From assembly GCA_963734545.1 (NCBI GenBank), contig CAVTHO010000003.1:445593-509592 (forward strand): DNA of 64,000 nucleotides, written 5' to 3'. Every line of letters begins with the position of its first letter. Positions within the stretch are counted from its first letter, which is position 1. Under the pieces are notes generated by a model. The model searched no databases. It was not told the DNA's origin and was given only the letters and a program-made list of their open reading frames with translations. The translations under genes and the position numbers were made by a program. This document shows, piece after piece, positions 20,320 through 31,828 of the stretch. The DNA comes from an uncultured Spirochaetota bacterium. GTDB taxonomy: Bacteria; Spirochaetota; Spirochaetia; SZUA-6; Fen-1364.

Positions 20320-21174
20320 TTACTGACTGCCAACCCCTTTTACCCGGCTGCGGATGGCATAAAGGCGATTGAAGCCGGTGATGAAGAGAGTCTGGAGGTC
20401 CTTCCCCCCAAAGCACACGTTTGTGGTCGAGGGTGGTGGGACTTTGATGTGCTCGATCCGCTTGCCTGTCTTGTCATAGACGTAGACGCCATACGTCGTT
20501 AAGTAGACATTTCCCTCGTCGTCGATCGTCATGCCATCCGAGGCCATTGAGCAGAATAGCCTTTTGTTGGTCAGCGTTCCGTCCGGCTTGATGTCGTAGG
20601 CATAGGTTCCGCTCCCGCCATAGCTTGCGACATAAAGGATCTTGCCGTCGGGCGTGCCGATGAGGCCATTCGGGTTTATGAGGTCGTCAATGACTCGCAC
20701 CAGTTTCTGGCGATCGGGCGATAGGTAGTAAACTGCCTCCCGGTCCTGCTCGGCCCCCCCCCACGCGGTTCGTGACATTAATAAAGTCAGGGTCGGTGAA
20801 GTAGAGGCCGCCATCGGGCCGGACCCAGACGTCATTCGGGCCGTCCAGACGCTTACCCTGGAAGCACCAAAGCTCCCCTCGCTCTTCTGCGCAGGCCACA
20901 GGTTGCCTTGGAGTCAAGAGGCCGAGGGACTCCCCGCAGGGTGCAGAAAAGTGGAAAGCGTGCCGTCTACGCTCCACCGTGATACAGCCTTTCACGCGAC
21001 GGTGAAGAAGACATTTCCTGAGGCGTCAGCGGTCGGGCCTTCCGTGAACCAGAATCCGCCAGCCACCTTCTCGAGTGTCGCACCCACAGCGAGGATACTG
21101 CGGTCGGACGCCCAGCCAGTGATGCATCCCGCCATGACGACAACGGCAAACATGCTGAGCAGGACCTTTTTCAT
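20320..21174 (-). pseudogene. SMP-30/gluconolactonase family protein, disrupted (frameshifts and apparent internal deletion)
   Basis: MKKVLLSMFAVVVMAGC signal; FWFTEGP, GPNDVWVRPDGGLYFTDP, PNGLIGTPDG, SDGMTIDDEGN, TNVCFGG in different frames. Confidence 0.75.
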
Positions 21175-21309
21175 AATGCCTCCAGATTGCACTTTCTGAC
21201 GCGAGTCTATCACGCCTCGCTCTGAACCGTCACGCGTGGCGCCCCGTCGTGAGACTTGGGATCCCTCGAGAGCGCGCCCATGGTATACTCCTCCTTCCGC
21301 AAGAGGAGG

Positions 21310-21867
21310 ATGGGGATGAGAATCATTATTCTGAGCTCGAGTCCCAACACCGACGGGCTCACCGCGGCCTGCGCCCGCGCCGCCATCGAGGGCGTACAAA
21401 GGGAAGGAGCTCATGCGTCGGAAATCCGGATCAATGACGCCGACATCGGCATGTGCAAGGCATGCGATAATGGTTGGGGGACATGCAGGGACGAGCATCG
21501 CTGCAAGGTTGAGGATGGGTTTCAGAAGGCGCACAAGGACATCGTTGAGTCCGACGCCCTCGTGCTCGTGACACCTGTCTATTGGGGAGAAATGAGCGAG
21601 TCCGCAAAGGCGCTGACCGACCGTCTGCGCCGTTGTGAGGCAACGGCCGGGGAAAAAAGCCGGCTGCAGGGGAAGCCTGTCATCGCAGTTGCCGCAGCGG
21701 GAGGCTCAGGCAACGGCGCCATCAGCTGCCTGACGAGCATGGAACGGCTGATCCAGCACGTCGGGGCGCAGCGGTTCGACATGATCTCCGTCAACCGATG
21801 GAATCGTGAGTACAAGCTCAGCACCATCGGGCAGTCCGCTGCCGCGATGGTTCGTGGAATGAGGTGA
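21310..21867 (+). CDS. Flavodoxin family / NADPH-dependent FMN reductase (iron-sulfur flavoprotein-like)
   Basis: SSSPNTDGLT, CKACDNGWGTC, TPVYWGEMS. Confidence 0.88.
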   Translation: MGMRIIILSSSPNTDGLTAACARAAIEGVQREGAHASEIRINDADIGMCKACDNGWGTCRDEHRCKVEDGFQKAHKDIVESDALVLVTPVYWGEMSESAKALTDRLRRCEATAGEKSRLQGKPVIAVAAAGGSGNGAISCLTSMERLIQHVGAQRFDMISVNRWNREYKLSTIGQSAAAMVRGMR

Positions 21868-21886
21868 GTTGTCTTGTTAAGGAAAA

Positions 21887-21961
21887 TCGGGCTGGGCGGA
21901 TTTGAACCGCCGACCCCTTGCACCCCAAGCAAGTACGCTAAACCAACTGCGCTACAGCCCG
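21887..21961 (-). tRNA. tRNA-Pro (GGG)
   Basis: CGGGCTGTAGCGCAGTTGG...CTTGC-TTGGGGT-GCAAG...GGTTCAAATCC...CAGCCCG cloverleaf. Confidence 0.95.
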
Positions 21962-22210
21962 ATTTTGTGTGTCGGAATCTATCACTCGTCGAGGGCCCGT
22001 GTCAAGGTGGCGATGTCTTCGGTGGACGGCGTAAATGCCGTTCAGGCAGACGATAACAGAGCAACATGCTCAAACGTACGTTTGAGCATGTTCATGATTC
22101 ATACACCGGCCAGACCTGGACGATTCTGGCCCTGCGGCCGGCGGCGCCCCGGGGCCGGCAAGGCCGCTGGGTCTTGAAAGTGCGCATGCTTGTCCACTAC
22201 CTTGATCCTC

Positions 22211-23806
22211 ATGAGGATCGGGCTGAAAACGCGGCTTCTTCTCCTGGTGCTCCTGTCATCCGTGCTCTTCCCCCTGGCCCTTCCAAACGAGTTCTTCGGC
22301 GCGGCCATCAGGCTGCTCGGTCTGCGGCCTGACGAGAGCTTCTACTGGGGCAACGCGATACTGGGCCTCATCTGCATCGCCCCTGTTTTCTATGCAGTCT
22401 CCCGCGCCCCCACGTTCGGATTCGCGTCCAAGCTCGGGCTGATTTTCGGAGCGATTTCCACAGGCCTTTCCAACTACTGGCTGATATTTTTCCAGGGCTA
22501 CTCGGTGTGGACATTCGGCGCTCCGCTTGTCGGGTACACGGCCGTCAATGCCCTGGTATTTCCCTTCCTGCGCGGCTTTTCCCGCATGAGCGGCCGGTTC
22601 CGTCCGTTCGTGCTTGCCATCGCCTGGGCCGGTTACGAGTATTTCAAGTCAGTGGGATTCTCCGGCTACCCGTGGGGCCTTATCGCTTACCCCATGGGGA
22701 ACGTCCTGCCGCTCATCCAGTTCGTGGACACGACAGGGATCTGGGGACTGTCTTTCCTCATGGCGCTCGTGAACGCTCTTATTGCGGAGTACGCGCTCGA
22801 GGGGAACCGGATCCAGTACTTCCGGCAGGCGGTGTTCGGGGCTTTTCTGGTCGCGTGCGTCCTCGTGTACGGCACGTATCGGCTGGCCCGGCCGATTCCC
22901 TACGCCTCCACCGCGTCACTTCTCCTCGTGCAGCAGAATACCGACCCGTGGGACGAGGGGAGCGCGAACAACGACAGTCTCAGGGTCAACGTCGACCTGA
23001 CGCTGAAGGGCCTTCAAGGCTCGAACCCCGCACCGGATCTCGCCGTGTGGAGTGAAAGCTCCGTCACCAGCGTGTTCGTCGAGCACAACCAGTTCACACC
23101 TGCCAGGAACGCGCTCGTCCCCGCCGTCCGGATGATGGGAGTGCCGGTGCTGTTCGGCGGGGTGGTGATACTGGATCGTCAGAAGCAGGAAGCGTGGAAC
23201 GCATCGGTGCTCGTTTCCCCGGAGGGGGATATTCTCGACACCTACGGGAAAATTCACCCCGTCCCCATGGCGGAAAGCATTCCCTTCTACGAGTTCGAGC
23301 CTGTCCGGCGGTTCTTCAGAAACGTGGTCGGCATCTGGAACCCGTGGGTGAGCGGCACCCGGCATACGGTATTCAGAGTTCCCCTGCGCGCGGGCGGGCA
23401 GCTCGCGTTCGGGACCCCGATCTGCTTCGAGGATGCCTTTTCGGATCTCTGCAGGACCTACATCGTGAAGGGGGCGGACATGCTGGTCAACATCACGAAT
23501 GATTCGTGGTCGAAGACCTGGTCCGCCGAGATCCAGCATTTTGCGGTGGCGCGCTTCAGGGCGGTGGAAAACCGCCGCGTGCTGGTGCGCTCCACCAATG
23601 GCGGGGTGTCGGCCGTGGTCGGGCCCTGGGGGGAGGTCCACAGCCGCATGCCGTTCTTTGAAAAGGCGTGGCGCACAGTCGACGTTCCGGTCTATCGCGA
23701 GGCGCGCTTCACACCGTACACGCGCTTTGGTGACTGGTTTCCCCGGCTGTCCATCGCTTTCCTCTTCGTCGTTCTCGTCGTCGCGCGCATCCCAAAAAAA
23801 GGGTAG
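22211..23806 (+). CDS. lnt: Apolipoprotein N-acyltransferase
   Basis: GYPWGLIAY, VWSES, YGKIHPVPMAE, ICFED, ITNDSW, RAVENRR, RSTNGGVSA, YTRFGDW. Confidence 0.95.
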   Translation: MRIGLKTRLLLLVLLSSVLFPLALPNEFFGAAIRLLGLRPDESFYWGNAILGLICIAPVFYAVSRAPTFGFASKLGLIFGAISTGLSNYWLIFFQGYSVWTFGAPLVGYTAVNALVFPFLRGFSRMSGRFRPFVLAIAWAGYEYFKSVGFSGYPWGLIAYPMGNVLPLIQFVDTTGIWGLSFLMALVNALIAEYALEGNRIQYFRQAVFGAFLVACVLVYGTYRLARPIPYASTASLLLVQQNTDPWDEGSANNDSLRVNVDLTLKGLQGSNPAPDLAVWSESSVTSVFVEHNQFTPARNALVPAVRMMGVPVLFGGVVILDRQKQEAWNASVLVSPEGDILDTYGKIHPVPMAESIPFYEFEPVRRFFRNVVGIWNPWVSGTRHTVFRVPLRAGGQLAFGTPICFEDAFSDLCRTYIVKGADMLVNITNDSWSKTWSAEIQHFAVARFRAVENRRVLVRSTNGGVSAVVGPWGEVHSRMPFFEKAWRTVDVPVYREARFTPYTRFGDWFPRLSIAFLFVVLVVARIPKKG

Positions 23807-23847
23807 TGTCCTTCGGATAAAAAAGGGCGGGTCCTTCGGACACCGCC

Positions 23848-23896
23848 AAAAAAAGGGCTGTCGTGTCGCAGCTTGCGCCGTAACAGGACAGCCTTT
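23848..23896 (-). terminator. Intrinsic terminator after the RRM gene
   Basis: Minus strand aggctgtc...gacagccc followed by a T7 run. Confidence 0.55.
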
Positions 23897-23917
23897 CAGG
23901 CTCAGCGAGCTGGCGGC

Positions 23918-24196
23918 TCACTGGTCCTCGTACCCATCCCTTCGGGGCTCCTTTGGCTTGGCAAAGTTCACCTTCAGGTTGCGTCCGTCGAGAGCGGTCT
24001 CATTCAGGGCCTTGATGGCCGCCTCTGCTTCAGGCTGGCTTGCCATCTCGATGAATCCGAAGCCCTTGGACCTCCCTGTCTGTCGATCCTTGATGACCTT
24101 GCTCGTCTCGACATTCCCGAAAGGGGCGAACAATTGACGCAGGGAATCCTCGTCAATCCGGTAGGGAAGGTTCCCTACGTACAGATTCACAGCCAT
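23918..24196 (-). CDS. RRM (RNP-1) RNA-binding protein
   Basis: LYVGNL (RNP2), KGFGFIEM (RNP1). Confidence 0.95.
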   Translation of the reverse strand: MAVNLYVGNLPYRIDEDSLRQLFAPFGNVETSKVIKDRQTGRSKGFGFIEMASQPEAEAAIKALNETALDGRNLKVNFAKPKEPRRDGYEDQ

Positions 24197-24434
24197 AGAC
24201 ACTCCTTTTCCGAGAAATTGGGAACTCTGGGGAAACGTGAGCGGACGAGAAATCGGAAAGCAGAAACCCTAGTGACCAAAGCAGGACGATTTTAACATGT
24301 TTTTTTTTCAGGGCGCAAGCATTTTTTTCCGATTGAGATCACAGTTTTGCCGTAGCTCGAAAGCAAATCAGCAATTGATGGCTGAGAAATGCCGATGCGA
24401 GCCCTGAGCGGCCCGCATCGGCGTGGCATCGACC

Positions 24435-25638
<1,204 letters not shown>

Positions 25639-25658
25639 GTTTGCCGTTTTGCCTTCGC

Positions 25659-26876
25659 TCACTGCAGTGCCTCCTCTATGATGTCGATGCCTTTCTGGAT
25701 TTCCTTCTTCGTGATGACGAGCGGCGGGGCGATCCGCAGCATGTTCGCACCCGACCGCAGGGCGAGCATGCCCTTCTGCCTGAAGCCGGGCCAGCAGGTC
25801 CTTCACCTCCCCGCCGGTGTATTCGAATCCCCGCAGGAGCCCGCGGCCGCGGATTGCTCCCACGCTTGCGTGGCGCGACTTCAGCTCTTCGAGGCCCTGG
25901 CACAGGAATTCGCCGGCCTCCCTGACCCGGTCGAGGAAGCCCGGCTGGCTGACCGTCTCCCACACCTTGAGCGCCACCGCGGTGGTGACCGGGCCGCCGC
26001 CGAAGGTGGTGCCATGGTCGCTGTGGTGGATCAGCTCGTGGATCTTTTCCGGGATCAGGACCGCGGAGAGCGGCAGACCGCCTGCCAGGGGCTTGGCCAG
26101 CGTGATGAGGTCCGGCACCAGTCCCACGCCCTCAGACGCGTAGAACGTGCCCGTGCGGGCGATGCCGGTCTGCACCTCGTCGACGATCAGCATGGCGTTC
26201 GTCTTCCGGCAGAGCGTCGTTCAGCGCCTGGGCGAACTCCGGCGTCATGCAGGCGAGACCGCCTTCGCCCTGGATCACCTCAACGATCACCCCGGCAAAC
26301 TCGTCCGTGAGGGTACGCGCGCAGCGCCGCCGCGTCGTTGTACGGTGCCACGACCACGCCGGGGAGGAGGGGCAGGTAGGGGTCCTGGTACTTCGGGGTG
26401 GGCGTGCAGGAAAGCGAGCCGAGCGTCCTGCCATGAAATGCACCGGAGAAGCAGAGGAGCTTCTCGTGACCCGGGCCCTTCGTGCGCAGCGCATAGCAGG
26501 CGCGCGTACTTGAGCGCTGCCTCGTTGGCTTCGGTCCCGCTGTTTCCGAAGAAGACCGAGGAGAATTTCCAGGGGCCCTTCGCGAGCATGGCCCGGGCCA
26601 GCGCGAGCGCCGGCTCGGTGGTGAAGAGGTTGGAGATGTGGGTGAGCCTGCGCATCTGCCGGTAGGCGGCTCTGCGCAAGATCGGCGCGGCCGTAGCCCA
26701 GGGCGTTCACCGCGATCCCGCCGGCAAAGTCCAGGTACTTCCTGCCCGCGATGTCCTCCAGCCACACCCCGTGACCGCTGCGCAGCACGAGGAGCTCGCT
26801 CGCCGTACTGCGGCGGGAAGGGGAGATTCGCGTCCACCCCCTCGCGCTCCTGGCGCGGTTGATGAACCTTCTTCAT
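25659..26876 (-). CDS. argD: Acetylornithine aminotransferase (several indels)
   Basis: [62 protein letters not shown]. Confidence 0.9.
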
Positions 26877-27653
26877 TTCCATAGTCGCGTCCCCTGTTTT
26901 CCTTCCAGGAGCCGGCCGAGGGAACCGGCGCCTTCGTACTGCCCGATGATCACCTTGTGCACGCCCCCGTCCATTGCCTCCAGGGAAGCGGTGACCTTCG
27001 GTATCATGCCGCCCGTGATCACGCCCTTTGCGATAAGCGCCCTGGCCTCGTCAGCCGAGAGGGCCTGGATGACGCTGCCTTCCGAGAGGATGCCCGGGAT
27101 GTCGGAAAGGAACACCAGTGCGGAGGCGCCCAGGCGCGCTGCCAGGCCGAAGGCCGCCGTGTCCGCGTTGATGTTGAGGCCCCTGCCTTCCGCGTCCATG
27201 GAGGTGAGAAGAGACCACGGGGAGGTAGCCGTTTGACAAGGAGAAGGATCAGGAGCCGTTCGTCCAGGTCGGTGATTTCTCCTGTGCGGGTGTGCGCGGA
27301 AGTCCGTGGAGCGCTCATGGCGCGGCCGGTGAAGATGCCGCCGTCCGATCCGCTGAGGCCGACGGCATTCAAGCCCCGGGTGCGCAGCAGCCGCACGAGC
27401 TGTTTGTTGATCTTGCCCGCGAGCACCATGTCCACGATGTCCATCTCCTCGGGCGAGGTCAGGCGCACGCCGTCGTGAAAGACCGCCTCGATGCCGAGCC
27501 TCCGGGAAACCGCCGTCACCTCCGCTCCTCCGCCATGCACGAGAATGACCTGGTGCTCGCGGGACAGGGCGAAGCATCTCGTCGCACAGGGCGGCACAGG
27601 TCTGCCGTCCGCTCCGCGGCCCTGCCGCCGATCTTTACGAGGATCGTTCCCAC
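26873..27653 (-). CDS. argB: Acetylglutamate kinase (indels)
   Basis: VKIGG, VHGGG, NINADTAA, SDIPG, GGMIPKV. Confidence 0.9.
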
Positions 27654-27654
27654 C

Positions 27655-28716
27655 TTACAGCTCCGCACCCAGGGGAAGCCCCGCGGTCTCGGGCAGGCCG
27701 AACCGGATGTTCATGTTCTGCACGGCCTGGCCGGAGGCGCCCTTCACGAGGTTGTCGATGACGGAGAAGAGCATCAGGTGCTTTCCTTCCACCTTCCACC
27801 CGATGTCGCACCGGTTGGAGCCCCAGACCTCTCGGGTCTGCGGGATACTGCCGCCCGTCAGGCTGATGAACGGCCTGCCCCCGTAGTATTTCTGAAACAC
27901 TTCCGCAATGCTTCCCGGCCCGGAGTCCGGCGGCTCCCGGGAGAGCTCGACCACGGTGGTCACGGCCATTCCCCGGCGCAGCGGCGCCATGTGCGGCGTG
28001 AACAGGAGCGAGAGGGCTCCGTGCGCCGCCGTCAGCTCCTGGGCGATCTCCGGCGCAGTGCCGATGGCTCGTGCCGGCGTTGTACGCGTTCGCATTCTCC
28101 GAGCGCTCGCAGAAGAGGAGGTCTGCCTTCTCCTTGCGGCCCGCACCCGAGATCCCGGAGATTGCGTTCACGATCACGGTGCCCTTCAGCAGCCCTTCCC
28201 GCGCCAGCGGCAGGAGCGGAAGGAGGGTCGCGGTTGGATAGCAGCCGGGGATCGCGATGATGTCCGCCATCCGGATGGACTCCGTGTGCCATTCGGCAAG
28301 GCCGTAGACCGCCTTGTCACGCAGGTCGGGATTCGGCATGGGCGCGCCATACGCGCTCTGGAACACCGCGGGGTCATGCAGGCGGAAATCCGCGGAAAGG
28401 TCTATGACGACCGTCTTTCCAAAAAGGGGAGCGCACACCTCCGCGGACTTCAGGTGGGGAAGCGCTGAGAAAACCACGTCCAGCGCGCCGGACTCCGCGG
28501 CCCGCACCGCCTCAGCCATGCTCGCGAGCTTTCCACCTGAAGAGCTCATTCTGTCCTCGATGCCGGGGGGAAGTCCGGGGTCCGCAGTCCCGCACCTTCG
28601 TCCCCGGCTGGGAGGAGGAGACGGCCATGATGTCCTGCACCTGCGGGTGCTGCCCGAGGAGGCGGAGGAGGACCATGCCCGTGTATCCTGTTGCGCCCAG
28701 ATACGGCTGTCTTCAA
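27655..28716 (-). CDS. argC: N-acetyl-gamma-glutamyl-phosphate reductase (indels)
   Basis: GATGYTG, FSALPH, IDLSADFR, PGCYPT, SGISGAGR, IDNLVKGASGQAVQNMN. Confidence 0.92.
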
Positions 28717-28727
28717 TCCTTCTCCTT

Positions 28728-29340
28728 TCAGAAACCGGGGCCTTGCGGCCAAAACCGGGGCCCCGAGGGGCAGAACCGGGGCCCGGGGGGCAATTGCCGG
28801 GGCCGCTGGCCAGAACCCCGGGATGCGGGCGCTGACCGCCCGGGTGAGCCGGGCGGGTGCCACACCATTGCGGGCAACGACGAGCACCGTGTCGTCTCCC
28901 GCGATCGTGCCCAGGACCTCCCGGATGCGAAGGTTGTCCAGGGCGGAGGCCACGCTGCTCGCGTGGCCGGGAAGGGTCCGTATCAGACCCAGGCTCCCCG
29001 AGAACTCGATGGACAGGAACCCGCGCATGAAGTCCTGCACGTAGGTGGCGTCGGAACCCGGCTTGACCTCGCCCTCCGAGAGGATGTAGGTATAGCCGCC
29101 GTCAGTGCTGGGCGCCTTGCCGATGCCCAGCCGCTTCAGGTCCCGGGAGAGGGTGGCCTGCGTCACCGCGAATCCTTCACGGCGCAGGAGCTCGGTGAGC
29201 CGCTCCTGGCTGTCCACGGGGGTCTCCGCCACGATCCGGCGGATGGCGGCCAGGCGCGGGTTCCGCGATCCGCCCCGGGGAACCCGCGGCCCTCCCCGGC
29301 TGCGGGCCCGGGCGGTCTTGATAGTATATTTATCCAACAT
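28728..29340 (-). CDS. argR: Arginine repressor (start and stop uncertain)
   Basis: SQERL...TQATLSRDLK, IRTLPGHA, GTIAGDDT. Confidence 0.92.
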
Positions 29341-29360
29341 GACTGCATATATATACAGTC
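29321..29360. promoter_or_regulatory. Tandem ARG boxes at the head of the arg operon
   Basis: AT-rich island; minus strand gacTGTATatatATGCAgtc and tTGGATaaatATACTa resemble the TG(A/C)AT-W4-AT(T/G)CA ArgR box. Confidence 0.75.
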
Positions 29361-29406
29361 AGATTCCTTTCGTGTCAAGCGGGCGCCGGCGGAAAGGTGG
29401 AGGGTC

Positions 29407-29977
29407 GTGAAAGTCTGCGTGTTCTGTTCTTCCAGTGACGCCGTGGACGGCGACATACCTCGCCGCGGCGGCGGAGATGGGGGCCCTGATCGGCGGCGGC
29501 GGGCACACGCTGGTGTTCGGCGGGGGCAGGGTGGGGTTGATGGGCGCCACGGCGCGGGCGGTCCATGAAGCCGGCGGCCGCGTGATCGGCGTCATTCCGA
29601 CATTCATGAACCGGCCCGGGGTGCCCTACCTCGAGTGCGACGAGCTCACCTTCACGAAGGACATGCGGGAGCGCAAGGCTCTCATGATGGAAATGTCGGA
29701 TGCGTTCATTGCCCTTCCCGGAGGGTTCGGGACCCTGGAGGAGATCTCCGAAGTCATCACGCAGAAGCAGTTCGGATTCCTCAAGGCGCCTCTCGTCGCG
29801 GTGAACACGGAGGGCTTTTTCGATCATCTCGCCGCGTTCTTCGAGAAGTTCTACGCGCTGAGCTTCGCCAAGCCGGTCTTCCGCGACACCTGTCCGTTCG
29901 TGGCCACGCCGGCGGACGCCATGGCCTACATCAGGGGCTACACCCCGCCGACCGTGACCAGCAAGTGGTTCACATGA
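29407..29977 (+). CDS. LOG family protein (TIGR00730-like); one indel
   Basis: KVCVFCSSS, GGGRVGLMG, MRERKALM, PGGFGTLEE. Confidence 0.92.
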
Positions 29978-30761
29978 GCCCGCACTCCTCCAGGAGGCGC
30001 CTCATCTCCCGGGCGTTCTTTGCCGCGCTTCCCCTCCAGTGGTTGTTGAAGAAAAGAAGGAGGACCGGCACACGGGCGAGGATCTCCCTTATCCGATCCA
30101 CCCACTCGCGGAGCTCCCCGACACTGTACAGGTAGTCGTAGCGGGACGCGTTGTCTCCCGTCCACCAGTTGGCCGCGTTCCGCCCGTGGAACCGGACGTA
30201 TCCGAAGTCTCCCGTGATCTCGCTTGTCGGCCGGAGGAGACGGGGAAGATCAGGCTCGTCCACGCTCACCAGGCTGACACCCCTCTCACGAAGTCCCTCG
30301 TAGACCTGCTCCCTCAGCCAGTCACTCTTGCGGAACTCGACGGCGAGGGGCAGCCCCGCGAGCTTCTCGCAGAGAGCAGCCAGCCGCGCGCGGGACTCCG
30401 CCGAGTAGGAGAAGCTGTACGGAAACTGGAGAAGGACGGCGGCCAGCCGCCGGGAATCCACCAGGGGCTGTATCCCCGCGCGGAAGGCCGCGACGTCCCT
30501 GTCCCAGCTCTCCCCGATCTCGTGCGTCATGCTGCGGTGCGCCTTCAGCGCGAAGAGAAACCCGTCCGGTGTGGAGGCGACCATCCGTTCCAGCGTGCGC
30601 ACGCTCGGCTGCGCGTAGTAGGAGAAGTTCAGCTCCACGGTCGGGAACTCACGGGAATAGAGGGAGAGGAACTCCTGCTTCGACGTGCCCGGCGGGTACA
30701 CCGGGCCCACCCAGTCCTCGTACGAGTAACCGCTCGTGCCGATCAGCACCCTCGGTGTCAT
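29970..30761 (-). CDS. DUF72 family protein
   Basis: IGTSGYSY, VELNFSYY, LLQFP, AVEFR, YVRFHGRN, YDYLYS, FFNNH. Confidence 0.92.
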   Translation of the reverse strand: MTPRVLIGTSGYSYEDWVGPVYPPGTSKQEFLSLYSREFPTVELNFSYYAQPSVRTLERMVASTPDGFLFALKAHRSMTHEIGESWDRDVAAFRAGIQPLVDSRRLAAVLLQFPYSFSYSAESRARLAALCEKLAGLPLAVEFRKSDWLREQVYEGLRERGVSLVSVDEPDLPRLLRPTSEITGDFGYVRFHGRNAANWWTGDNASRYDYLYSVGELREWVDRIREILARVPVLLLFFNNHWRGSAAKNAREMRRLLEECGLM

Positions 30762-30775
30762 GGTTTCAGGGGCCC

Positions 30776-31738
30776 TTAGTACCCTGCATTCCTGTCCACC
30801 ACGTTATCAAGGGGCTCTCCGCGCACCCACCTGCCGAGATTGGCGAGGAAGACGTCGAACGCTTCCTCCTCGTAGCCGGGGTGCACTCCTCCGTAGTGCG
30901 GCGTGATCACGACGTTCGGCATGCTCCAGAGGGGATGGCTTTTCGGCAGCGGCTCGGGGTCCGTCACGTCAAGACCCGCCCCGCGGACATTCCCCGCGCG
31001 CAGGGCGTCGACGAGCGCCGCGGTGTCCACGGAAGTGCCTCTCCCCGCGTTCAGAAGGAACGCGCCCTGCATGGCGTCCAGCTCTTTCTTTGCCACGAAC
31101 AGGCGCGTGTCCCAGGTGTCGGGAAGGAGGAGCATGATGACCCGGGACCGGGCGAACGCCTCACGCCGCTTCTCCGGCCCCACTACCTCGTCCGCCACGG
31201 GGCTCGCCCCCGGGTGCCGTTTGATGCCGATTACGCGCATGCCAAGGGTGCGTCCCATGGCGGCGCACTGTTCGCCTATGGTGCCCAGGCCGGCGATGCA
31301 CAGTGTCCGGCCCGCCAGGGAAGAGAGGCCCTCGGTGAGCGGAGCGTTGTTCCAGACGCCCTTCTCCTGGGCGAGCACGGCGCGATGGAGATTGCGCGTC
31401 AGCATGAGCGTCATGCCCCAGAGGTGTTCGGCCACGCAATTCCCATGGATATGCACGTTCGTAATGAGGGCCGGGTGCGCCGCGATCTCCGCCATTTTCA
31501 GGAGGGAATCCACTCCCGCGATGTCCGACTGCAGCCACTGAAGGTTGGTGGCGCCGGTCCAGAGCTCACGCGGAAGGCGTGGATAGCAGATCTCGATCCG
31601 GGCAAGGAGACCCGGGTCCTCGGCAAGTCGTGCTTTCTCGACGATCCGAGCGGCAGGAGCCACGGACCTGAGCCGTGTCGCCTGGTCCTCGGTAAGGGCC
31701 TGGGTGAGAAGGATGTAGGGACTGGTTGATCGCTGCAT
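30776..31738 (-). CDS. D-2-hydroxyacid dehydrogenase
   Basis: VAEH, GLGTIG, NAGRG, LDVTDPEPLP, ITPH. Confidence 0.92.
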   Translation of the reverse strand: MQRSTSPYILLTQALTEDQATRLRSVAPAARIVEKARLAEDPGLLARIEICYPRLPRELWTGATNLQWLQSDIAGVDSLLKMAEIAAHPALITNVHIHGNCVAEHLWGMTLMLTRNLHRAVLAQEKGVWNNAPLTEGLSSLAGRTLCIAGLGTIGEQCAAMGRTLGMRVIGIKRHPGASPVADEVVGPEKRREAFARSRVIMLLLPDTWDTRLFVAKKELDAMQGAFLLNAGRGTSVDTAALVDALRAGNVRGAGLDVTDPEPLPKSHPLWSMPNVVITPHYGGVHPGYEEEAFDVFLANLGRWVRGEPLDNVVDRNAGY

Positions 31739-31828
31739 TGCTCAGAAGTGACCGCTGATTGAGACGAAAGTCAAGCCGGTTCGTCCGCCGCATTGACCTG
31801 CGCCGCATACGTCGGAATAATCACCGCA

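Noticed and set aside
28546-29340. ArgR-ArgC fusion suggested by the 264-aa ORF
   Set aside because: argC has its own AGGAG RBS and TTG start at 28716; the read-through is best explained by an indel in the repeat tract
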